From Candidatus Bruticola sp. (GTDB lineage: Bacteria > Vulcanimicrobiota > Xenobia > Xenobiales > Xenobiaceae), in the NCBI GenBank assembly GCA_051874735.1, contig JBJEGD010000022.1:402-64401 (forward strand): a stretch of 64,000 bases of DNA. Reading direction: 5' to 3'. The position numbers and the translations under genes are program-made. Of the stretch, positions 38,738 through 48,091 are shown piece after piece. The notes beneath the pieces are model-generated. The model searched no databases, was not told the DNA's origin, and worked only from the letters and a program-made list of their open reading frames with translations. The number at the start of each line of letters is the position of its first letter. Within the stretch, counting starts at the first letter, position 1.

Positions 38738-39640
38738 ATGTCTATACAAAATCATTCCTATGTTTTAAAAGAATCGTACAATTGGTGCCGCCAACTGACA
38801 GCTAAGCGCGCCCGCAATTTTTATTACGCTATTCGCCTACTACCTAAAGCTAGGCGCGACGCTATGTGTGCCGTTTACGCTTTCTTCCGCCAGTGCGATG
38901 ATATTTCCGACGCCCACAACGTATGCAGTCGACGTGAGCAGTTAGAAAATTGGAAACAGATCATACAGGGACAAGAGCCCTCGACTTTTATGCCAGGTCT
39001 TCCGGCTCTACGTCATACTGTAGCTAAATATCACATTAGCCCGCAGCCCTTTCTCGATTTAATAGATGGCATGTTTATGGATTTGGAGGAGATTCACTTC
39101 AAAACTTTCGATGAATTATATCTTTACTGCTACAGAGCAGCGTCTACCGTAGGGTTGGTATGCATTAGTATCTTTGGAGCTCAAAACAAGCCTGAAGTTT
39201 ATAAAATGGCCGAGTATCACGGCATTGCCTTCCAACTCACTAACATTCTGCGCGATATCAATCAGGATGCTTCAGAAGGCAGAGTATATATTCCCGATGA
39301 AATTTTAGACAAGTTTGACATCACGCGTCAGTCTATACTCAACAGAACTTACAACGAATCAAAGATGGCTAAACTTATTGAGTACATGGCTAAGTTGGCT
39401 CAAAGCTATTACGATCGGTCAGAATTTCTTCCTTATTTTATTCCTCTGCCCAGTCGTGTATGTCTGCGCGCCATGACTAATATATATCATGGTATTTTGA
39501 AGAAAATAGAAAGCATGGGCACAGCTATCCTGCATACAAAAGCCCGCTTGAAATTGTGGCAAAAACTTCTGGCCATTGCTTCAGCCTACTTTGTAACTTG
39601 GGCAGACTTTCTGCGGGAAACTTTTTTGCCTTCAAATTAA
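38738..39640 (+). CDS. Squalene/phytoene synthase family protein (HpnD/CrtB-like)
   Basis: NFYYAIRLLP, YAFFRQCDDISD, FQLTNILRDI and GRVYIP motifs. Confidence 0.92.
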   Translation: MSIQNHSYVLKESYNWCRQLTAKRARNFYYAIRLLPKARRDAMCAVYAFFRQCDDISDAHNVCSRREQLENWKQIIQGQEPSTFMPGLPALRHTVAKYHISPQPFLDLIDGMFMDLEEIHFKTFDELYLYCYRAASTVGLVCISIFGAQNKPEVYKMAEYHGIAFQLTNILRDINQDASEGRVYIPDEILDKFDITRQSILNRTYNESKMAKLIEYMAKLAQSYYDRSEFLPYFIPLPSRVCLRAMTNIYHGILKKIESMGTAILHTKARLKLWQKLLAIASAYFVTWADFLRETFLPSN

Positions 39641-39645
39641 CAGTT

Positions 39646-40092
39646 ATGAGAAAAATAAAAACCATCTTGGCTCTGCTGTTTGCCATGACAGCCACTACTT
39701 TAGGTGATATCTTTATGGCCAAACTGCTACGCCCTTATGAGGGCGTAGCTATTAGTAATCTATCTCAAGTTTGGGATATAGTTTTAAATTTACTGTGCTG
39801 CGGTACATTTTGGCTGGCCATCGTCTGTTTTTTATCTTTTTTTATTACCTGGTTGAGCGTGCTCTCTTATGAAGATCTTTCCTTTGCCCTACCTTTAACC
39901 GCTATTACCTACATTCTGAACGCTTTTTTAGCAGGTCCCATGCTAGGAGAGCAGTTAAGTCCAACCAGATGGCTGGGAACGATTATTATAGGCCTAGGAG
40001 TAGTATTCGTTTCCCTTAGTGAAGGCCAAAAAGCTCAGCCGAACTGTAATTCCGAAAGTAAAGCTCCTCCCCCCCAAGCCCATCAAGCTTAA
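39646..40092 (+). CDS. Small DMT/EamA-type membrane protein
   Basis: Four TM helices; DLSFALPLTA and LGEQLSPTRWLG motifs. The start chosen at 39646 lies 5 bp after the upstream stop. Confidence 0.85.
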   Translation: MRKIKTILALLFAMTATTLGDIFMAKLLRPYEGVAISNLSQVWDIVLNLLCCGTFWLAIVCFLSFFITWLSVLSYEDLSFALPLTAITYILNAFLAGPMLGEQLSPTRWLGTIIIGLGVVFVSLSEGQKAQPNCNSESKAPPPQAHQA

Positions 40093-40106
40093 ATTGTCTA
40101 AGAAAA

Positions 40107-41795
40107 TTAATCGGAGATTCCAGCTGTACAGCAGAAATCACGTCCTTCCTGCCATCCCCTTCCCTGAAGAAAAGTTCTGATCTCCTCACGCGATCTGGGG
40201 TTTCCAACCGCTGTTATTAAAAAAAAGTGCTGTGGTTCAGGCAATTCATCTAAACTAAGTACTTTTAAACCGCATATAATTTGACCGTGGCGAGCCGGCA
40301 AAATATCAGTATAAAAGGCAGGCTCAAAACCATGAGCCCTCAGAGTTTTAACTAAAGCTTTGCCGTTAGGACCGGCTCCCCAAACAATTAGCTGCCGCTT
40401 ATCTGCAGACAAACTTCGCAGCCCTCGCTCTTCCTGACTAGAAGGAAAAAAAGCTCTCAATAAAAAGCTGACCTTTAAATTTCTCAAAGCTTCGTGACTG
40501 CAGCGTTTATCCACCCGCGTCAAACGATTGGGTAAATCCCGCCAGAAAAACAATACTTGATCAACTTTAGCCATTTTGAACCCTCTGAGCCAGAGACGCA
40601 GCCAAAGATGATAGTCTTCCGGCCAACATCCGTCTTCGTATAACCCCGCTTCTTCCAAAGCAGCTCTGCGTATAATTACCGAAGGATGAACTAGAGGACT
40701 CTCGACAAAAATATCTCTATCTAAAATTTCTGGCTGACAAGCTTTATTGAGCCAACGTTCATAGCGCTTCATACCTTCAGTAAGTTCCTGCTTAGGGAAA
40801 ATACGCACTTTACATCCTACAGCTGCCACTTCCGGATGTTTGCTCAGATAAAGCATTTGTTTAGCAAAACGCTCTGGATGCGAAATATCGTCTCCATCCA
40901 TACGAGCAATAAAACGGGCTCTGCTCTGGCTAAAAGCAAAGTTTAAAACTGCAGTAATGCCAGAATGCTTTAAACTAAAAACGCGTATTCTAGGATCAGC
41001 GGCGGCTAAGTTTCTAGCTATTTCCAAAGTAGCATCGGTAGAGCCATCATCTACCAAAATGAGCTCCCAACTTTTGAAAGTTTGCTTCTTGATAGACTGA
41101 ACGGCATGCTCCAGAGTAGCCGCACAGTTATAAATGGGCATCAAACAAGAAATGAGAGGAGCCTTAACTGCATTGTAATACAAAAAACGCTCATATTTGG
41201 TCAGGGTCTGTTCTGTGAGCCTAATTCCAGCCCGCTCGGCCCAGGACTCCACTAAACTCTGCAACTGAGCAGCGCGCCACGTTTCTAACTCCAATTCATA
41301 TTCCGTGTGCTCTCCGTTAAAGGTAGTGCAATCAAGTTCAAATTTTTCCTCACCAGCTAAACCAGCCAATTCTATAGGCCAAACTAAACGCAAATTGCGC
41401 ACATCTCCAACTGGGCGCAATTTTCCCTTGAAATTGTCATCAATAATCTGCCGTCCAACTTGACTCTGTCCTGCCCAATCTAAATTTCCAGCCAACAAAG
41501 CTTCAAACTCAGCCTCAGTTAACTCTTCTTCTATTTCTAAAGCGGAAAAACAACCTCGCTCCATAGATAAGCCACGTTTATAGACAAAAAGCAACCGTCC
41601 ATTTTCTCGACGCAACCGCAGCATACAGCGTCTGGAAGCAAAAAATCCATCTTCCGAATCGAAATATATATTCTGTTGATGCAATTCTTGGCAAGGACGA
41701 CCTAAAATAGCTTGTATTTGCTCCCAGTCACTTCTATTAGCTAATGACCACTTAAATTCACGCTCAGTATGTTTAACGGCGCAGTTACGCTCCAT
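40107..41795 (-). CDS. CYTH domain - GT2 glycosyltransferase fusion
   Basis: CYTH motifs EREFKW, LRLR, YELELE and TKYERF; then GT2 motifs MPIYN, VDDGSTD, RMDGDD and EDYHLW; C-terminal IVWGAG Rossmann-like part. Confidence 0.88.
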   Translation of the reverse strand: MERNCAVKHTEREFKWSLANRSDWEQIQAILGRPCQELHQQNIYFDSEDGFFASRRCMLRLRRENGRLLFVYKRGLSMERGCFSALEIEEELTEAEFEALLAGNLDWAGQSQVGRQIIDDNFKGKLRPVGDVRNLRLVWPIELAGLAGEEKFELDCTTFNGEHTEYELELETWRAAQLQSLVESWAERAGIRLTEQTLTKYERFLYYNAVKAPLISCLMPIYNCAATLEHAVQSIKKQTFKSWELILVDDGSTDATLEIARNLAAADPRIRVFSLKHSGITAVLNFAFSQSRARFIARMDGDDISHPERFAKQMLYLSKHPEVAAVGCKVRIFPKQELTEGMKRYERWLNKACQPEILDRDIFVESPLVHPSVIIRRAALEEAGLYEDGCWPEDYHLWLRLWLRGFKMAKVDQVLFFWRDLPNRLTRVDKRCSHEALRNLKVSFLLRAFFPSSQEERGLRSLSADKRQLIVWGAGPNGKALVKTLRAHGFEPAFYTDILPARHGQIICGLKVLSLDELPEPQHFFLITAVGNPRSREEIRTFLQGRGWQEGRDFCCTAGISD

Positions 41796-41922
41796 AGTAA
41801 AAATAAATTCCTTAATTCAAAAATAAACAGATAATTACAAACAACATAAAAAAAGAAGGGGCCCTATCATTTTACCTAAGGCTCCTCCTCTTTTTAAATT
41901 TTACCACAAATCGACACTCTAT

Positions 41923-42660
41923 CTATCCGAAAGGAAAGAGTCTGGGAACTAATTGTCTCATCTGAACTTTCCACCAAGGCCAATCATGAGCGACGTCGTA
42001 TCCCCATAGCTCAAAGTTGTGCCTAATACCAACCCGTTCCATAACTTCGTGAATTTCTCGGCTGTAGTGAACACGCTCCCAAGCTCCCTGACCACAAATA
42101 ATATTAATATTGCACCCATCTAAAGAGCGTCTAATATCAGGATCGTAGAGATTAGCTATATAGCTAACTGGATTGTGGAAGTAGCAGCGTTCATCAAAAT
42201 AACCATCTAAAAAGCAACCGATATTGTAAATACCGCTCATACCGATACACCAACGGAAAACTTCGTGGTGACGGAAGAGAGTATTAATAGCATGATAAGC
42301 TCCGAAACTAGCTCCTACAGCCGCTATGGGAAGCGAGCCTCCACAATTTCGAAAAATGAAAGGAACTACCTCATCTATAATGTAACGATCGTAAAGTTCC
42401 TGACGCCACGCACGCTCACCGGGGCCGATGCTTTCATTATTCCAGCTTAAATCGTTGATACTATTGACAGAATATATTTTTATTCTTCCGCTATCAATAT
42501 GATCAGCTAAAGCACCGATCATGCCGAAGCGTTCAAGTTCTTCAAAATCGGCTGAAGCGGTCGGGAAATAAAGAACAGGCACTCCCCAATGACCATACAC
42601 GGCAATAGGCATATCGCCGCTCAAATGTCTGCTGTAAAATCTGCTCTTCTCTACGTGCAT
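41923..42660 (-). CDS. Putative alpha/beta-hydrolase esterase
   Basis: YGHWGVP, nucleophile elbow GASFG and HDWPWW. Confidence 0.9.
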   Translation of the reverse strand: MHVEKSRFYSRHLSGDMPIAVYGHWGVPVLYFPTASADFEELERFGMIGALADHIDSGRIKIYSVNSINDLSWNNESIGPGERAWRQELYDRYIIDEVVPFIFRNCGGSLPIAAVGASFGAYHAINTLFRHHEVFRWCIGMSGIYNIGCFLDGYFDERCYFHNPVSYIANLYDPDIRRSLDGCNINIICGQGAWERVHYSREIHEVMERVGIRHNFELWGYDVAHDWPWWKVQMRQLVPRLFPFG

Positions 42661-42693
42661 TTAGCTGCTAGACAAATAAATAAGTATCTCAAC

Positions 42694-42900
42694 TTACAAT
42701 TTGTCATTTACCTCCTGCCTATTTTCTTCACCCTTAAGCCAATACTCAGGAAAAGTTTGGCACTTTTCAAATCCGGGGCACCCTAAACAACGCTTACTGC
42801 GCATATTAACCTCACGCAAACGTTTATCGCGACACTGAGGCTCAAAAAAATCGAAATTATCAAAGTACTTTTCTAAATACTCTTCTTTGTAGAGAGCCAT
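42694..42900 (-). CDS. Small Cys-motif hypothetical protein (68 aa)
   Basis: AGGAGG RBS upstream of the ATG; C...CxxCx5C motif; co-oriented with the esterase. Confidence 0.7.
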   Translation of the reverse strand: MALYKEEYLEKYFDNFDFFEPQCRDKRLREVNMRSKRCLGCPGFEKCQTFPEYWLKGEENRQEVNDKL

Positions 42901-43419
42901 TCCATCCTCCTACGGGCCCTGAGCCCGGATAAGCTGCAGACTTTTCCCAGGCTTTTTACCTCAAATCATACGTTCAACATTTTACCACATACAGAACTGG
43001 CTAGCAAGAAAAAGAAAATATGGGAGCTTAGGATTGCCTAAACAGTTTGCCTCTCGTATCAATAATTCACTTATTAAAGAAGGTACAAGCGCAGGACAAA
43101 GAGACTTTAGAGAAGAAGAGTGGGAGCGAGTTTTGGAGAGCTGCGTGCGAAGGCAGCCTAACTTGTCGGATTTTCGGACAGCAGCGCTTATCAGGAGATG
43201 GTTCCTTGAAGCGTTTTGTTGTTTTTTGCTTTTCCATTGCACCAATAGTAGGTAAAGTGAAGGAGAAAGCACAAATTGCAGACAAAAAAAACTGTTATAA
43301 AAAGAGACAAATAATTTTCTAGGTTATCGGCTGTCTGCTAAAGAAAACTAATAAAACATTCCGATGCGACAGCGAAGCTTGTGCCAGCAATAGAGAGTTG
43401 TTGACTAGTATCAGGAGGG

Positions 43420-44124
43420 ATGGTTATGTTTTTAGATTGGTTTAAGAGCAAAAAACCCGCTTTAAAGCTTAAGGCTAAACAAGAAATTGAAATAGAGTTC
43501 TTTGCTGATGAAACCTATAAAACCTACTTCACCACAGTGTTAGACGTCAGGCGCAAGGAAATTATTCTAAAAAGCCCCGGAACTGAGCGCCGTCCTGTCA
43601 AGATGGAAGCCGGACAACGTCTCACCGTGACAACTCTCGATGACAACAAATTGTATTATTTCGAAACTGAAGTTACCGATGCAGGTGAGCGCGAATTCGA
43701 TATTGCCACACCTGTCAACGTGGAAAGTGAAGACGTCCCGAAGTTTGACGAAAATACTAGCATCGAGGCCCCGGTAAACGTGGAATATCGTGCTATGAAA
43801 TTGGCGCATACTCAATCAGCCCAGACAGTTTCCATCAGCTTGAATAATTTAATCTTAGGCTGCAATATTGCCATTCCTGAAGGAACTGATTTGCACGTTG
43901 AAGTTCAAATTCCAGGTACTCCCGTATTTTCGTTTAAGGGACGAGCTTTAGCATCTAAGCCGAATTCTAACAGTAAAGGCAAGAAGTTCCTCTGTGAAAT
44001 CGAATACGCAGAGGATGCTGACAAGAACGATCGTATGGCCATTATGCGCTATGCTGTTTATTTAAAACGACGCGAACAGCGCCGTGCTCTCCGCGGAGAC
44101 GACATGGGCAATAAAAAACTTTAA
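43420..44124 (+). CDS. YcgR/flagellar-brake-like PilZ protein with degenerate motifs
   Basis: N-terminal PilZN-like barrel (YKTYFTTVLD, LYYFETEV) and a PilZ-like barrel ending AIMRY...REQRR; AGGAGG RBS. Confidence 0.65.
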   Translation: MVMFLDWFKSKKPALKLKAKQEIEIEFFADETYKTYFTTVLDVRRKEIILKSPGTERRPVKMEAGQRLTVTTLDDNKLYYFETEVTDAGEREFDIATPVNVESEDVPKFDENTSIEAPVNVEYRAMKLAHTQSAQTVSISLNNLILGCNIAIPEGTDLHVEVQIPGTPVFSFKGRALASKPNSNSKGKKFLCEIEYAEDADKNDRMAIMRYAVYLKRREQRRALRGDDMGNKKL

Positions 44125-44381
44125 GAATTTTCTCGTAACAAATAATCAGCGGCTTGAAATGAGAAGTTTATTGATGCAAGTCCTGTAAAAGTCCAGTCTG
44201 TAGAGCTGTTCTAAGGAGCCCCTCCCCAGGCTGGGCTTTTTTGGCATAATGTTTGACATTAACTGGCTTTTGTTGATCTAAGTTACTAAGAGAAATAAAC
44301 AAAAAATAATTTATTTGCCCAGCAGAATTCTTCGGCGCTGTCGCAATTTAAAAAGAACGCAAACTTAAAGGAGTAGCTGCC

Positions 44382-47300
44382 GTGTGCGGTATAGCTGGTA
44401 TTCTCTACAAATACTCTGAATCGATTCATAATCTTAATTGGGATAGTTTTCTGCAAGAAATCAACGATATAACTTTAGCAGAAATAGCTATAGACAACCC
44501 TCCTAATGAAGCGATCACAGCGTTGGAAGAAAAAGTCTCTCATCTAAAAGAGTATCAAGCTTTTTCAATTCTGTGGGGCAACGACGAGTTAGTTGACCGT
44601 TTGCATAAGGCGGCAGACTCTGTACTAAGTTTTGAACAACGCTCTAAGAAAGTTATATCCACTTCTAAAATTCCCATTCCTACTACTTTGGTGGAGAATT
44701 GGAATTCCTTAGGTGTACGTCTGCGTGATATACATTGGACAATTTCTCAAGATGTTATCGGTAATCTTAATAAAGTCAAACTCATTATCCCCGATTTTAT
44801 AAGAACAGCTAACATTGACGCTTGGAAAATCACAGCTGTGCTCAACAATATGGATCGCCTAGAGGTGCGCGGCCGTGACAGTTTGGGTATAAGCATCAGC
44901 CTTAGTTTTGCTTCAACTAAAGGTTTTGAGTATTTCTGGGATATTATTAGCAAAGCTGGTTTAATTGCAGAATTTAATCAAAGAACAAACTGCCCTACTC
45001 TAGAGAACATGAGCATTCGCTTCGATAGCCACAGTGCTACGCCCAGCTTAATGTTCATTTACAAGGTTTCACAAGAAGTAGGAGCTCTGGGAGACAATGT
45101 CGCTTCTATCAGACGCAACCTTAAAGAAGATAGCTTGCTTTGGTACGCTCTCAGTTCACCTTCTATAGAAACCAACATTTGGTCGCACACTCGCTGGGCT
45201 TCTAACGGAGTAATTAATATTGCTAACAGTCACCCAGTGGACGAACAAACAGAGCCCACGAAAGCTGAAACTGACCATTATTGGATAAGTGCGGCTTTGA
45301 ACGGAGACGTCGACAATTTCCAGTCCTTGGCTCAAAAAGTATATTCTGCTGATTTAGTTTCTATATCACCTAAAATTACGACCGATGCTAAGGTTATTCC
45401 CGTTTTAGTCGATTATCACTATCGCAGATGCGGCAATTTAACCAAGGCTTTTATTAAATCTGTCAGCGAATTCGAAGGATCAGTAGCTATATGTTTGAGC
45501 TCTAGTTTAGAACCTGGCCGCATCTATTTAGCCCTCAAAGGAAGCGGACAGTCCTTATTTGTAGGTCTTTGCCGCCAGGGCTACGTATTTGCCTCAGAGG
45601 TTTACGGTATCGTCGAGCAAACTAGTCGTTATATTCGCCTAGACGGAGCCTCTGAGCATATTCCTGGACATCCAGAGAGTGCGGGGCAAATTTTTATTCT
45701 GCAAGAAGGACAAGTAGGCTTGGCAGGCTTAAAAGCCTTCCATATTGACGGCACTCCCCTAGAATTAAGCGATAAAGATATAAAAACTGCAGAAATTACT
45801 ACTAGGGATATCAATCGCGGCCAATATGCTCACTTCCTACTGAAGGAAATCTGCGATTCTCCAGGCTCTATTGCCAAAACTTTGCAGGGCAAATACTTTA
45901 TTGAAGATAAATTTGACGGCGCTGCCCAAGTGAACTTAGGACCGGAAGTTTTTCCTGTTTCCTTAAGTGAAAAATTCCAAAAGCATCAAATTAATCGCAT
46001 TCTCCTTATTGGCCAGGGAACAGCAGCTGTAGCGGGTATTGCAGTCGCCTCCATGATGCAGCGGGCTCTGAGTGGCGCTGGTATAGAGGTTAGAGCCATG
46101 AAAGCTACTGAGCTTTCCGGCTATTCCTTAGAAGAGGATATGGCTAAAACTCTTATCATAGCCGTTTCCCAGTCTGGTACTACTACTGATACTAACCGCA
46201 CAGTTGATGTAGTCAGAGCACGCCACGCTTCCGTATTAGCTATTGTCAACAGACGCAACTCCGATCTAACTTATAAAGTAGACGGAGTCATGTATACTAG
46301 CGATGGCCGCGATATTGAAATGTCAGTGGCTTCTACAAAGGCGTTTTATAGCCAAGTGGTAGCTGGTTATCTGATAGGACTGCACATTGCTTCTCTTGTC
46401 GGCTCAATAAGTACTAAGAAAGTTCGCCGCGAACTACAAGAGCTGCTCAGTCTACCTAGCAAAATTTCCTCAGTCATAGAAAAACGCCAAAATATAGAAG
46501 CTTTAGCCCGCCTTTACGCTCCTACTAGAAGGGATTGGGCTGTAGTAGGCAGCGGCAGCACCAGAGCAGCAGCGGATGAAATACGCATTAAACTTAGTGA
46601 GCTATGTTACAAATCTATTGCCACCGACTACATTGAAGATAAAAAACATATCGATTTATCTTCAGAGCCTTTGACACTAGTTTGTACAGCCGGCCTTCCT
46701 GCTATGGCTCTACGCGATTCAGTTAAAGAAGTGGCCATTTTCCGTTCGCATAAATCTATCCCCATAGTGATAGCTTCTGAAGGTTTTGATGAATTTGAAC
46801 ACTATGCATCCGGAGTAATTTACGTCCCCACTGCTTCAGCGAACGCTTCTGTGCTTTTGAATACTGTAGTCGGCCACCTCTGGGGCTACTATTGTGCTTT
46901 AGCCATAAATGAAGGAGCTAATCTGTTGAAGCCAGGCCGCGCTTTAGCGGTACAACATTTGAGTAGCGACAGCGGATTAGTATTAAACCAGGCTAATATC
47001 CGACGCATGCTTTCAGTTGGCAAAACTTTCCAAGACAACTTAAAGAAGGGGCGTTTTAACAGTTCCTTATCAGTAGATTCAGCTGTACGCCTTTCTCTTA
47101 TGTTCCAATACTTTACTGGAGCCCGCTCCTTACGCCAACTGACTACCGATTTTAAAGGGAATAGTTTAGTTGAAACCATGGTTACCTTGCTTACTCAAGC
47201 CATACAAGAACTTTCCCGTCCCATCGATGCGATTAAGCATCAAGCTAAAACGATTACTGTTGGAATTTCCCGTTCTGATGAGTTAGCAGAAGGGCCTATT

Positions 47301-47864
47301 TTCGAGGCACTGAGCAACTTTAACATTACCCCAGACGATCTACCCTACCGTGATTTAGCCTTCATCCGCGCTCTTAACAAGACTATCGATAGTATTGTAG
47401 GTGCGACTCTTTATGAGATAGACGGTCTTAATGCCTTAAACGAAGTAACCGACTCAACTTGTATCAAAGTAGTGAAGAAAATCGGTCTGGCAGTCAACAT
47501 GAAATCTCGCTCAGATAACGGCTCTCCTCTGGTGGGTACTAAGCAGTGGGTGACTAACAATCGGCGTTCTTATGTAGGTCACGGTCACAACGACGCAAGA
47601 CCTATACTAATTGCTCCTATTATAAGTACTGGCCGAGTTGATCATTTGGCTCTGTTACATCTGAGTTTCAAACATGAACTATCCCTTGAGGAGCGAATCG
47701 ACGTTATCAAAAACTTAACTAACCGCTACGGCGATCTAGTCAGCCAAGTTGAAGAGACTAACATTGTCTGGAACGACGAATTCCTCAACTTACTGAGCGT
47801 AGAGGAGCTTTCTACTCTTCGAGCGGCAGTTTTGGCGGAGCTAATCATTAAGCGTTGCGGCTAA
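44382..47864 (+). CDS. glmS: Extended glutamine-fructose-6-phosphate transaminase (1160 aa)
   Basis: MCGI start, RLEVRGRDS, HTRWA, LNGDVDN, SQSGTTTDT, VASTKAF, IKLSE and QAKTITV motifs; AAGGAG RBS. Confidence 0.88.
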   Translation: MCGIAGILYKYSESIHNLNWDSFLQEINDITLAEIAIDNPPNEAITALEEKVSHLKEYQAFSILWGNDELVDRLHKAADSVLSFEQRSKKVISTSKIPIPTTLVENWNSLGVRLRDIHWTISQDVIGNLNKVKLIIPDFIRTANIDAWKITAVLNNMDRLEVRGRDSLGISISLSFASTKGFEYFWDIISKAGLIAEFNQRTNCPTLENMSIRFDSHSATPSLMFIYKVSQEVGALGDNVASIRRNLKEDSLLWYALSSPSIETNIWSHTRWASNGVINIANSHPVDEQTEPTKAETDHYWISAALNGDVDNFQSLAQKVYSADLVSISPKITTDAKVIPVLVDYHYRRCGNLTKAFIKSVSEFEGSVAICLSSSLEPGRIYLALKGSGQSLFVGLCRQGYVFASEVYGIVEQTSRYIRLDGASEHIPGHPESAGQIFILQEGQVGLAGLKAFHIDGTPLELSDKDIKTAEITTRDINRGQYAHFLLKEICDSPGSIAKTLQGKYFIEDKFDGAAQVNLGPEVFPVSLSEKFQKHQINRILLIGQGTAAVAGIAVASMMQRALSGAGIEVRAMKATELSGYSLEEDMAKTLIIAVSQSGTTTDTNRTVDVVRARHASVLAIVNRRNSDLTYKVDGVMYTSDGRDIEMSVASTKAFYSQVVAGYLIGLHIASLVGSISTKKVRRELQELLSLPSKISSVIEKRQNIEALARLYAPTRRDWAVVGSGSTRAAADEIRIKLSELCYKSIATDYIEDKKHIDLSSEPLTLVCTAGLPAMALRDSVKEVAIFRSHKSIPIVIASEGFDEFEHYASGVIYVPTASANASVLLNTVVGHLWGYYCALAINEGANLLKPGRALAVQHLSSDSGLVLNQANIRRMLSVGKTFQDNLKKGRFNSSLSVDSAVRLSLMFQYFTGARSLRQLTTDFKGNSLVETMVTLLTQAIQELSRPIDAIKHQAKTITVGISRSDELAEGPIFEALSNFNITPDDLPYRDLAFIRALNKTIDSIVGATLYEIDGLNALNEVTDSTCIKVVKKIGLAVNMKSRSDNGSPLVGTKQWVTNNRRSYVGHGHNDARPILIAPIISTGRVDHLALLHLSFKHELSLEERIDVIKNLTNRYGDLVSQVEETNIVWNDEFLNLLSVEELSTLRAAVLAELIIKRCG

Positions 47865-48091
47865 ACAGTTCTTCCCTACTTTGTGTTTAGTCAGTACTGC
47901 AGTTACATACAAGCTGCAGCACTGATTAGACATAATATACGCCTATCCATCTGCATTATAAGCTCAATCGATTTTTATATAACGCGACCAATGGTTTGCG
48001 ACTTTCGCAATACGGTTTGCCGCTGAGGCTCAGTATAATTTATAAATTAAAGATAGGCTCCAAATTTTTCACGAGCCGAATTAATGGAGTA

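Noticed and set aside
42982-43322. Four overlapping short ORFs, or a c-di-GMP riboswitch ahead of the PilZ-like gene
   Set aside because: The ORFs have no convincing RBS or motifs and conflict with each other. No GEMM-type consensus was found, so a divergent promoter region is more likely.
44125-44381. glmS ribozyme
   Set aside because: The core AGCGCC...GACGAGG consensus is absent; only a terminator-like hairpin and promoter-like sequence are visible.
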